Positions 13,403 through 24,027 of a DNA stretch of 64,000 bases are shown here, piece after piece. The stretch spans positions 10,912,001 to 10,976,000 of the forward strand of contig OZ176054.1 of assembly GCA_964247055.1 (NCBI GenBank), read 5' to 3'. The stretch's first letter is position 1. Each line of letters opens with the position of its first letter. The DNA comes from Paragordius varius (Eukaryota; Animalia; Nematomorpha). Made by a program: the position numbers and the translations under genes. Under the pieces are notes generated by a model. The model did not search any database and was not told the origin of the DNA. It worked only from the letters and a program-made list of their open reading frames with translations.

Positions 13403-16400
13403 TTTGAATATGAATGTAAAATATTCATTTTATTTATATAGCTGCGACAGAACGGCCTGGTAAATATATGTTTAATTTTGTTAGCGTATTATAATGTTTA
13501 AAATTGCTTGATGATAAAATCTTGTCCGTCGGCATCGGACAAGATTAACATAAACAATAATAGATGAAAGATAATAAATATGATAGTTACTATTATACTT
13601 AAGAGAAAAGGGGGAGCGTAAAAATACTACTCTGTCAATTCCGCATTATGGACTTTTTTTTATCAAACAACACTATATAAGAGCTATGTTTAATTTTTAA
13701 TCAAAATCGTGCAACTTTCCATAATATGGTATTATGATAAAATTTTATAGAAAGATATATAAATTCATAATTTTTAAGCAGGGCATAGAACTGAAACCAT
13801 TTATTAGATGCAATTATATAAAATAATCTTCTTTAAAATTGGAGCCGGTTTCGGAATCTTATTTTTTAAAAAAAAATTATTGACCCAGAAATGCGCTTTC
13901 AGAACTGTTTAAAAAAACTTAAACGAGACGAGCCCATGCAAAGTATCTGATATTTGATCTACAATTTATTTAATTGGGTAAAAAAATCCTTGAGTAGTTT
14001 TTATCAAAAAATATATCTGATAATAATCATCAATTTAAAAAATGAATTATAAAACGAGCATTAAAACACTATTCAAAACGTATAAAATTACATGCTACCC
14101 TAAAAAAATAGCATTTCTTGTAAGATTTGTCTTAGATATTATATTTATATATTATACCATTATTATAAATTATTTATGTCTAATAAAGTGTAATCAATCA
14201 ATATTTTATACTTGCAGTATAAAATATAATTTACATTATTATTATTGCAAATATAATCAATCTAAAATTAAATGTTAAATTTATTGGGGAGAATTTTCGA
14301 CTACTATATACAGTAATCTTTGTTGTCAGACGTGAAAAATAAATTTAAAATAAATTTAATCGTTGAATATTACTCAAATTTATTTAGAACCAGTAACACA
14401 AACCCCACCCCCAACAACGACCCAAGCAACAGTGCCTCCACCAGTAGAACCAGAAGTACCCGCAGTGGCACCAGGTAATATTTTTTTAAGATTACAATCG
14501 CTAAAAATTGAAATTATATACATGCGGTTAGGAGGTTGATTGAAAAACACATTGAAAAAAAGAAAGAATTACACGGGGTTTTGATTGATATAGAGAAGGC
14601 GTTTGACAGGATTCCTAGAGAAACTATTTGGTGGAGTCTCCGTCGTAAAAAGGTGCCAGAAAGTTATATTAAGTTGTTACAAATAATGTACGAATCACAC
14701 ACCTCCAGGATTAAAACTCCACAAGGTTTATCAGAGCCCTTTTCAATAAAGCATGGAGTCTACCAAGGCTCATCACTCAGCCCCTTATTGTTTATAATTT
14801 GTATGGACGAGGTAGCCAAGGTTGTTAATGTGAGTTCAGGATGGTACTTAATGTATGCAGATGACATAATCATCTTGTCTGATTCATTAATTGAGTTAAA
14901 GCGAACGGTAAACAGATGGGTTGTTATGCTGGATCAATATGGTCTGAAAGTAAACAAAGCAAAAACCGAACTTATTACTTTTGGGGGTTAACAACATGAA
15001 ATGGTAGTGATGATAGTTGGGTTCTGAAGGGTAAAGAAAGTTGCAAATATCTGGGAGCTATGTTAAGTGCAGATGGTTCGTTAACTGACGATATTAATTT
15101 AAGAATAAAGAGCAGCTGGGTAAATTGGAAGAAAATTTCGAGCGTATTATGCGATCGAAATATTGATGTTAGAGTTAAAGGTAAGATTTACAGTTCAGTT
15201 GTCCAGCCCTCAATGATGTATAATTCACAGACATGGGGTGTCAAAAAATCCGAAGAAAGACAATTTAACGTGACTGAAATGAAAATGCTCAGAATGATGT
15301 GTGGGGTAACTAGAAAGGACAGAATCGAGAATAGATTTATTCGTGGGAGCACAGATATTAAACCAATAGTGGAAAGAATGTCAAAAAATAGGCTACGTTG
15401 GTTCAGGCACATTGAAAGGAGAGATTCTAATTATATTGCAAAAATAATAGATGGTTATATAGTTGAGGGAAAACGAGGACGTGGGCGACCTAAAACAAAA
15501 TGGATAGATACAGTAAAAAGAGAGCTAGCAGAATACGAGCTTAATGCAGAGGACGCCATAGATAGAGTTTTATGGCGAGACAGGTTGTATAACATGACCG
15601 CTCTCACGAGTGAAAACATGTAATGTAATAATAATAATATATATGCGCAAAACGTACAACATCAAGGTATTTTTTTGTCAAAAGATCACACTGTATCTTT
15701 TTAAACTTGATATATAATATAACTGATTTTTTTTATGGCAAAGCATGAAATAGTGATTTATATTTAGGGAAAATTGGGTTTAAAGGAGTATGGTGTCTTC
15801 AATTTGGGCATATATTACGTTTTGTCGTCTCTATGTCAATTTTAATGCATTTCGATTAGAAGCTTTTAAAATATAAAAAAATGAACTTAACATTTGATTA
15901 TAAGGATAAAAGATAAAAATGTTTTAGGCTGGAATTATTTTATATATTAAATTTATTTTATATTATTTAGGAGCCTCTGATCCAATCCGAAGTATGTTTT
16001 CTCTTCATATTGCGATTTACCCAAAAATCATGTTTAATTAAACTTATAAAATATTACCTTTTTTATAAAATAATCCCATTTATAATAAAATAATATAGTA
16101 TAGTACATTGCTAGTTTTTCATCAAATATTGCCAGATAGCATATGCAGAAAAGAGTATTATCATGTGAAATAAAGCGAAAAAATTTAACTTTAAGCTAAG
16201 ATAATATCTCTTAGCTGTATGGCTGATAGCCAAATATATAAAAATTCAACTATGGTTTATACTATATTGGTTTTATTATATGTTTTTACTCAAGTGTTTG
16301 ATATCTTTTTCTGCAGAATATTTCCTAGTTTTTTAATATATTTTTAAAATATATACATATATGTTATTTGACTTTGTTATCAAATGGAATAGCTGTCGCT

Positions 16401-17376
16401 ACCAGGACTGATCCTATAAGTTATGCTGGAACCTGTGTGGGTCTGGAAGCACGTTTTAGATCTGAACGTTGCACTACGGCTATTGCGTAAATTTTTAAAT
16501 GATAGATATCATTATTTACAACAACATTATATACCATTTGCACTTCAAGATTGTCTTTAAACACTTCAAGTTGGTCCTTGAACACTTTAAGATGGTCCTT
16601 GAACACCTCAAATAGGTCCTTAAAATTTTTTAAGTATGGATTTAGCCATAAATTTTGCATGTATTAATTTATACTATTAATTTTCAACCTAATTTTTGTG
16701 ATTTATGATATATTTATTCATTTAAAATTAATATTTTTGATAAATAACCAATTTTTTGTTTCTAACTAATTTTTTTCAATTGAACAATATTATTCAGTTA
16801 TAAATGTTTTCAACAAAAAATATAATAACCCAGAAAACATATATTTTTTTTCAATTTTGTTAAAATTTATTAATATAATATTTTTTAAATACTGAATAAA
16901 AATATAGAGTATCTGAATCAAAAGTTTAAAAATATGCCTGAATCAAGAGAATAGGTAAATGATAAAATAGGTGAATGATACACGATGTGATTGATAAAAG
17001 TTAAACAAAACGAAAAAGTCAAAGGACCAACTTGAAGTGTTCAAGGACAGTAGTGCAAATATACTAAAAACCATATCCTGGCACCCTAATTTTATTATTT
17101 TTATTATAACCTAATTCTGTGGTTGCTCTTGAAATGTATATTGGTAAAGCAATCAAATTGTCTTTTAGTTTTTATGTTTTGTATTTATATTTGACTGTAT
17201 TAACAATCAAAATATTCATTACATACTTTTTGCGTTGTTTTTCAATTTAGAAATTGCCAAATAAGATTATATCATTATTCGTATATTTTATTTAGGGGAT
17301 CCCTTTGTAATCAAGGAACCAGATTCGAATATTGTGGAGCAACCGTAAATTTTATTTAAGCCAAATTTAAATAATT

Positions 17377-17414
<38 letters not shown>

Positions 17415-18282
17415 GTTTTATGAATAATATCCTGCTTCAAAATTTCTAATTTAAATACAGAGAAAAATGTAAAAGTATGGAAACATTTAAATTTTTTAAT
17501 CTATTAAATAATTAAAAACTTTTATAGATATTTTCTTGGTCATTTATAAAATTTATATCATTTATTTCAAAAAAAATTTTTATAATAATAATTTAGAACA
17601 TATTATCTTTACACCATTAATTGTTCGGTAAAAAAGATCTGTCAAGGCCGTTAAATATTTATATATCCCTAAATATTACCCATAAATTTAGTAAAGTATT
17701 AGTATATCATTCATTCAAAATTATGGAACCATAAGGATAAATGGATAAAAACCATTTTTATTGGAGATAAACTTAACTTCCTAATGTATAAAAGTATAGG
17801 CAAATCTTATAATATCTATTCCAAATTTTGCCGAAATAAGCAAAATTAAATTAAGTAGCAGATATATCATAGTTGTAAATTACAATTTCATAAATTCATG
17901 TTTACATTTTATATTTTTTGTTTGCGGCCCGTCGGATTTTTTGAGTTGAAAATGCGGTTAGCGAAGCCATTTGTGTTGAACATCCCTGCTTTAGGTTGAT
18001 AAAATTTCAATTATTTTGAAATTAAAATATAAAAAATATTTCCACTGATTATAAAATATACAACTGTATAATTACTCAAAGGGTGGAGGAGAAACCGTAC
18101 GTCAATTAAACGATGAATGCGAACAACAATTTGGCGATAACTTTATCTACGAGCCTCAGGGTAGGTTGTTTCAACATACCTTTTATATAATACATATATT
18201 GTAAAATTAAATAGACTATTAAACCCTTAAATATCAGAGTAGGGGAAACTTAGGTTAAGAATACCAGACTTGTCTCTTTTGT

Positions 18283-18319
<37 letters not shown>

Positions 18320-19593
18320 AAGAAAGTCACCATTTTAAAACTTAAGATTTTGTACAATGCTAAAAAAATCCTATCCTTAATATCCCTATTAAATTACAAT
18401 TTGTTTTGGTTTTTAGCGGGTGCAAACGCATGTAAATTGTTTTGCCGAAACAGTGAAAGTAATCAACTTCAAGATTCTGGTGTTTATGTCCCTGATGGTG
18501 CTTTGTATAATTTGGTGACGCTCAACGATATGTGCATTCGTAATAGAGTCTATACTGTCTAGTAAGATATTATGTTTGTTTTACATGAACTATTAAAGAT
18601 TGCCAGACAAAGGGAAATAAGATTGTGGCCTATAGTTAATTTTTCATTTTTTACTAAAATTAGCCAATAATCATGCTGTTTGCTACATGTGCTATCTGGC
18701 AATAATTATTGAAAAATTGGCACATTTTGAATAGATTGCTAGTTTTAATTATTGCCAGAGATAGTATATATATATATATATATATTTATATAGCAAAGGG
18801 CAGTTTATTTCCATATAATTATTTTATTTGTTGTACTATAAGCCAATAGTAATCTCGCTTTATATCTGATAATATTCAATGAAATATATTTACTCATACT
18901 GTGTATATCATGGCTTTAAACCGGGTCGAAAAAAGATATAACTTTTAAGAGATTCCGGGGTCATTTTTAAAATTTAACGGTTTCGGAACCGTTCCATTGA
19001 TTTTTAACTTTTCCTTCAATGATTTATACCACAGTTTTAGTAAAATAATATAAACCATATATCAACCAATAATCGTAAAATCATAATATATTGTAGAAAT
19101 ATTAAATGATCAGGGCACTTAATTCATACATAATAATGTAGGAGCCGTAATATGTACCGCTAAAATAGTATTAAATAATGAGTTTAATATTTTGCAATTA
19201 CCACGGCCAAAAAATACTTTAAATACAAATTGAAAAATATAAAAAGGCAAACCTGGATAATTTATCGTATTTTTCGCTTTACAAGCCATGAATTTACAAT
19301 TTATATTTATGGTTTTTTACCAGAAATTTATTTTTTAATTAATTAGGTAATTTTCATTCTTTGTAAATAATTTGTCTTTGGTTCTTAATTGGTCACTCCA
19401 TTTCAATCGGTTACAAGAAAAAAGTTATCATATGATCATTTTTTTTTTGAAATATAACAACAAATTTTAAATTATGAATATATATGATTTACATAAAATA
19501 TTTCAAATATTAAACTATATGACCACTTTTTATATTTACCTTTATATATACAGTTACAATTCTTTGAGAAGAGTAAGAAATCCATCGCCATAA
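324..19593 (+). CDS. Gene A: secreted ADAMTS/papilin-like protein (signal peptide, two truncated-TSP1 + Cys-rich modules, microexon-encoded Pro/Thr linker), 343 aa, 19 exons
   Basis: Exons 324-354, 486-564, 644-692, 833-920, 4717-4831, 5340-5359, 6892-6918, 9139-9168, 9710-9736, 11285-11296, 12245-12265, 13442-13459, 14388-14474, 15971-15991, 16393-16486, 17296-17344, 18082-18160, 18417-18561, 19554-19593. All introns are GT-AG, phases are compatible, total 1032 nt open. Protein: MQSIFLILFSVLYLEFVNG/QTCLGPDFTGYRRVSCQRGTPRCRNGARFETCGV...EKCQELND...NCRLTC...DVVDGTL...LCIGG-linker-GTCVG...RCTT...LCNQGTRFEYCG...ECEQQF...ACKLFC...VPDG...MCIRNRVYTVYYNSLRRVRNPSP*. Non-linker exon sizes are matched in paralogue B. 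Individual microexons are less certain than the core exons. Confidence 0.82.
1673..2050. mobile_element. TA-flanked MITE, CAGTCATG family (longer, degenerate copy)
   Basis: Starts ta|CAGTCATGTATC, same family as 10092-10307. Internal inverted GGCGTCGAAAA/TTTTCGACGCC; right end approximate. Confidence 0.55.
2324..4565 (+). mobile_element. Decayed hAT DNA transposon in intron 4 of gene A
   Basis: TIRs TAGGGTGAACAGA / TCTGGTCACCCTA. Perfect 8-bp TSD ACTATATA at 2316-2323 and 4566-4573. Subterminal GTCCCGC repeats. Frameshifted transposase remnants, e.g. KIYSHLYIYTVRVETLKEFC...KTCWLALLSAIERIL (3426-3665). Confidence 0.9.
4951..5198. mobile_element. hAT-type MITE
   Basis: TIRs CAGGGGGGTCCAACA / TGTTGGACACCCCTG; near-perfect 8-bp TSD GTTAAAAA / GTTTAAAA. 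Confidence 0.75.
5532..6590. mobile_element. ~1.1-kb palindromic non-autonomous DNA element; related copies at ~8040-8890 and ~32500-33600
   Basis: Shared blocks ATCCTGAT..., ATGGTGCTTTT(T/G)G, GTGAAAGCTA..GTTTCATTCCAAAAAAT, with mirrored copies at the right end. Boundaries approximate. Confidence 0.6.
7163..7282. mobile_element. MITE family with CAGTCAAATGCAACATTTT termini and ~20-bp internal repeats; other copies ~21075-21206, 22392-22600, ~48690-48770
   Basis: Inverted termini CAGTCAAATGCAACATT / AATGTTGCATTTGACTG (clearest at 22392-22600) and repeated CAACATTTTTTCAAGCAAA units. Confidence 0.65.
10092..10307. mobile_element. Tc1/mariner-type MITE (CAGTCATG family); other copies ~46300-46524 and 58284-58508
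   Basis: ta|CAGTCATGTATCCTTTATTTTATCAAAAATTT ... AAATTTTTGATAAAATAAAGGATCCATGACTG|ta; long TIRs and TA TSD. Confidence 0.85.
13368..13402. repeat. (TAT)n microsatellite
   Basis: Uninterrupted TATTATTAT run about 40 nt upstream of the 18-nt microexon. Confidence 0.9.
14495..15640 (+). mobile_element. 5'-truncated RTE-clade non-LTR retrotransposon, disrupted reverse transcriptase
   Basis: RT motifs LHGVLIDIEKAFDRIP, GVYQGSSLSPLLF and LMYADDI; RTE C-terminal LRWFRHIERR...GKRGRGRPKTKWID. Stop and frameshift at ~14991-15060. (TAA)n tail directly after the stop. Confidence 0.92.
17380..17412. repeat. (AT)n microsatellite; similar tracts at ~6921-6950, 18287-18318, 29772-29803, 39866-39897, 43297-43321, 43878-43913, 61108-61133
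   Basis: Pure TA dinucleotide runs. Confidence 0.9.
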
Positions 19594-20296
19594 TATGACA
19601 AGATCAATTTATTTTGATGAAAATTTATACAATATACATCATGAATTATATTTCTATTTTTATATTTATACTCTTTAAATGGTGTTGGGCTTAAAATAAA
19701 TAAAAGTATCATCAAAGATTTTAATGTTGAGTTCTGTTAATGTTAGTTTGGTTCCTCTTAGAATATAAATTAAAAACCGCAATTTATTTATCAATATTGT
19801 ATATTCAAAATCTGGAATTTATTTTTTGATAACGATAATGAACCTTTGTTTGCCTTAAGCAGGGTCATTATGGACATCCTTTTTATATAATTGTCCCAAA
19901 TTTGTAAAACATAAAATTGAGATTTCATAAACTGCAAAATTTTATTTTATTTATTTTAATAAAATTTCAAACATGCAATAATGGTTTTTTTTACAAAAGA
20001 TAAATTAGAAAGTTTTTTTATAAAAAAAAACAAGATCAACGGCAAAAAATGCTGATATTTTGCCATAATCCGCTTAATAGTTGCAAAGGTTTTCGTATCA
20101 TTTTTTTAAATTTATAATTACTTTGCGTAAAGGGTCTCTTTTTAAGTTGGTAAAGTTAAATTATTAAACAAACTTTTTTAACTTCCAATTTTATTTTAGT
20201 TAAAAATTAATGGGGTAGGCATGATAATTACAAAAAACAAAACTTTTTTTAAAATTTGTACTAAATATAAACAAATTAAAGCAAATGAACCTTTAA

Positions 20297-20820
20297 CACT
20301 TGGATACAACACACTCATTTTAGTCCTTCAATTCAAATTGGGGTAGTTGGATACCCCAGGCCTGTTTAAAATCAAATACTTTAAAAAGTATGGAAGCAAT
20401 TGAAACTATGGCAAAATTTTGCACTTATATAACATTAATAAACCGAAATATATAAAAAATTTTATTCAAAAATATTTGATATTACTTATTTTGAGCTAAA
20501 ACTGAAAGGTAAAAATTTAGTCAACGTGACAAGTGTAAAATTGTAAAATTAAAAAATAAAAGCTTTAGTTTTACCCCTAAAATTAAATGAAGATGATATT
20601 TTGCAAAATTTTTGTAAAATAACAAATGGCGTCGAAGTAGTTTGAGATGGGACTTTTTTTTCAAAACAAAATTTTATCAAGATGTTTTGACATATTTATA
20701 TAATATTTATCAGGATAGAAGCATAAATTTAAATTGGGACCGTTTCCTTCAGTAGTTTTTTAAAAATTTTAATTAAAATTTAGTCTGGGGTATTTAGATA
20801 CCCCAATTTGAATCAAAGTG
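20297..20820. mobile_element. TTAA-flanked non-autonomous DNA transposon (piggyBac-like target site); other copies 53469-54050 and, inverted, 54894-55467
   Basis: ttaa|CACTTGGATACAACAC ... GAATCAAAGTG|ttaa; subterminal inverted TTCAAATTGGGGTA..TACCCCAG. The three copies are collinear. Confidence 0.75.
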
Positions 20821-21468
20821 TTAAATCACAGTAGGAGTAAGTATGCATTTCTACAAAGTTATTAATTATGCCAAGTAGCATATGGATAACGAGAATTATT
20901 ATTGGCTATTAATATTAAAAAGTGAAAAAAATAACTCTAAGCCAATAATACTGCCCTTTGTTGTATATGCTATTTAGCAATGATTAATAACTTTCTAGCA
21001 TATACCTACCCATGCCAAATTATTAGTTGAGATACATATAGTTAAATTATAACATTTTTGAGTCAAAAATAATATTTTACGCAACATTTTTTCAAACAAA
21101 CGCAACATGTTTTGTCTTTGCCTAAAATATGTTGTTGCTTGATATAAGGTTATGTTTGGATGAATGTGTTCGTCGTGAAACACTTGAGCTTGGTTGAAAA
21201 AATGCTTTTGTATGAAAAATTGTATATATAGAAAAATAGATTTAATATATTAGAATGTTTTTAGACCGTTTATAACATGCTTCTAGTTTAATTGCTTCTA
21301 TTAACAATTAAATTTTTGAACAAAGAGAGATTATTTAAAAACATTTTTATGTCTTAGCAATATTTTCATCTTTAAATCTCGGCCTTTATTTAAAAATAAC
21401 TAGCCGATTTTAAGAGGGTTAAAAGTTCCAGTCTTTCGGAATTCTAATCTAAAAATTATATAAAAATA

Positions 21469-22120
21469 CTAGCGTAAATCTCGTGCTGCTACGCAGCCCG
21501 AGGAAGTCCTTAAGGACTTCCCGGGGGGTTTCGAAGTTTGGATTTGAATGGGTCTACCGGTTTTCCGGTACCAGATCACAAAGTTACATGAGGAATCAGT
21601 TTTTAGCGGGTAGCTCCTTACCCAGCAGCTATGATCAAAGAAACGCCTGATTAAAATTTCTGCCTTTTAACAGGGAATACGTGGAATCCATATTGATTTT
21701 TACGGTCTCACTAGGGCGAAATATAGATTTAAAAAATTATTTTTGTGGACTTTGTTTTTTGAAAAAAATGGCATTTTACGGGGGGAGCGGGTAAAAAGAG
21801 GGCCTAAGACAAAAAAGTGACTCGACCATGTTCGGCGCAATCGAAAATAAGTAAACAAAAATCATATTTGAAATAGTATGGACCAACACGTTCTCCAGAA
21901 AATTGTTTCAAAGACACGATTTTTGTGGACTTTTCAAAAAAAACCCGTTTTTCACACGGGGTGGGCCCGAACTGGGGGCCTATTTCAAAAAAAGGGCGAA
22001 GCTATTGTCGGGGCATTCATTAATGATTATATTTTTTCGAAGTTTGGATTTGAATGGGTCTACTGGTTTTCCTGTACCAGATCACAAAGCCAGCATTTTC
22101 CATTTTTATAAATATATAGA
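21469..22120 (-). mobile_element. Non-autonomous Helitron
   Basis: On the minus strand: A|TCTATATATTTATAAAAATGG 5' end, GC hairpin CTCGGGCTGCGTAGCAGCACGAG, then CTAG|T 3' end. No TSD. Internal ~55-bp direct repeat (~21530 and ~22036). Confidence 0.8.
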
Positions 22121-23089
22121 TTGTTTTGCTTATCATATATTTCAATAATATTTTTTGAATAAAGCATTTAGCTTTCATAATGACGAATTCAAAATATCAT
22201 AATTATTCGTAAGTCCCAAATAAGGATCTAAAACATATTCTATCAAAATATATAATTCATAAGAATATAGCCCCAAAAAAATGGGTGGATTATTTTCAGG
22301 TTTTTTCCTAGTAGGATCTAAAAATTTAAGTGCCCAAATATTACCATCTCCTTGACATTAAACAAATCTTAAGAATATATATACTTATTTTCAGCCAAAA
22401 GCAACATTTTTTCAAGCAAACTCAACATTTTTTTCAGGAAAATAACTGAAAAAATAGTTTGTTTGCTTGAAAATGTGTTTGCTTGAAAAAAATGTTGCAT
22501 AATAAAAAAATTTTCGCTCGAAAAAATGTAATGCGTTTACTTGAAAAATGTTAAGTGTGCTTTAAAAAATGTTGCTGTAAATAAATGTTGCATTTGACTG
22601 AAAAATGATGGTCTATTAAAATAGATTTTTTTTAGAAATTATATATTTTTTAAGGAGCCTAGTTAACCCATATGTGTGTTGAAAATTATGCAAAAGATAT
22701 TTGACATTCCCAAAAACTCGCAATATTTTACAAGTTTTATCCGACTTTGAAACGTTAAATCTTAGGAGCCTATGAAGATCGAAAGATATTTAAAAATATA
22801 AGCATGAGTAAAAAAAGAATTAGTAAGCATATAACTACGTAATTTCATATGTCCATACTTGTAAATGGGCGATCTATTTGGCCTTATTGGTATATACATA
22901 TCGATAATAACTTTGGTTTAAAGAATATATTAATAATCTAGTAAAAGTTCAAAAAACGCTAAATTAAATAATCAAATCCTAAAGTAAGGTTGATGTAAAA
23001 TAGACCAACCTAGTTCTTTAACCCATTACTAGGTCTAGCCGGCTAAAATCTTCTAGAGGTTTTGTAAAAAGATGATTTTAGTTTTGTTT

Positions 23090-23357
23090 TAGGTCCAGCG
23101 GCATAGCTAGCATTTCTGGCGCCCGGTGTAAGAATATGTGATGGCGCCCCCATCCACCTCCCAACCCCTTGCAATTGCAAAAAAATAATCAAATTCAATC
23201 CGTGGTCATGACTGCACATAGATTTGTATGTATTAATTAAAATAATAACCTATAAATATCTATTTGGGAAAAAATAAAAAATCTGAAATTCGACACCCCT
23301 TTAACTGTGGGGCTCGGAGCATCAGTACCCCCCCCCCTCAAACTAGCTAAGCCACTG
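23090..23357. mobile_element. hAT-type MITE
   Basis: TIRs CAGCGGCATAGCTAG / CTAGCTAAGCCACTG; partial 8-bp TSD TTTAGGTC / TTCATGTC. Confidence 0.6.
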
Positions 23358-23872
23358 TTCATGTCTACATTTTTATTAAAAAAGAGTTGTTTTGTGGTTT
23401 TTTATTTATTTTGTTGATTAAAAATAAATAAAAAATAAAAGTTACAAATCCCTATATAACGCCAAAATTCGACGCAATAATTTTGCAGTATTGCAATTAT
23501 TGACCTAAAAAAGGCATTAACATTCGAATCAACCCATTAATATACGACATTAATGTGCAAAATATGTAAGTAAAGTTTGCTAAATTACCTCTACTTCTCT
23601 CTACTACCCCCAAAAATCCTAGCATATACTTTAAATAAATTTCCAAGTAAACTAACCACCTTAATATTTGGGAAAAAACTTCTTAGTAGAGGAAGAGCCA
23701 TTACAAGGTATGTACTCACAAGGTCTCTACGCGTAAGCCCGCAGTTGCCACATATTTATTTAGCTTGTGTTGTATAAAAAAGGTATAATAAAAATAATGG
23801 AACCAATCCGCTATAAAATGGGATAAAAAAATTTTAAAAATAATTTGCATATCATAACAAATGTATATAAAT

Positions 23873-23977
23873 AAAAGTTGTGTAAATAAAGTAGTTAATA
23901 CGAATATTTATAAAATTAATCGTTTATATTAAGTAGAACACATCGATATTTTACCGCTACCCTAAAACTATAAATAG
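23873..23977 (+). promoter_or_regulatory. Putative promoter of gene B (conserved block and TATA box)
   Basis: AAAAGTTGTGTAAATAAAGTA is identical to 147-167. TATAAATAG at 23969, 59 nt upstream of the ATG. Confidence 0.55.
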
Positions 23978-24027
23978 AGCCCTCAAGACTTTTATATAAT
24001 TATTTTATTTTTTACCATATTACTATA

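Noticed and set aside
15188-15412. Minus-strand ORF 74 aa
   Set aside because: Antisense shadow of the RTE reverse transcriptase.
16421-16660. Minus-strand ORF with repeated FKDxLEV units
   Set aside because: Arises from a short intronic 21-bp repeat and overlaps gene A exon 15 in antisense; no splice or homology support.
21878-22148. Two overlapping plus-strand ORFs
   Set aside because: They lie inside the Helitron and have no recognisable domain.
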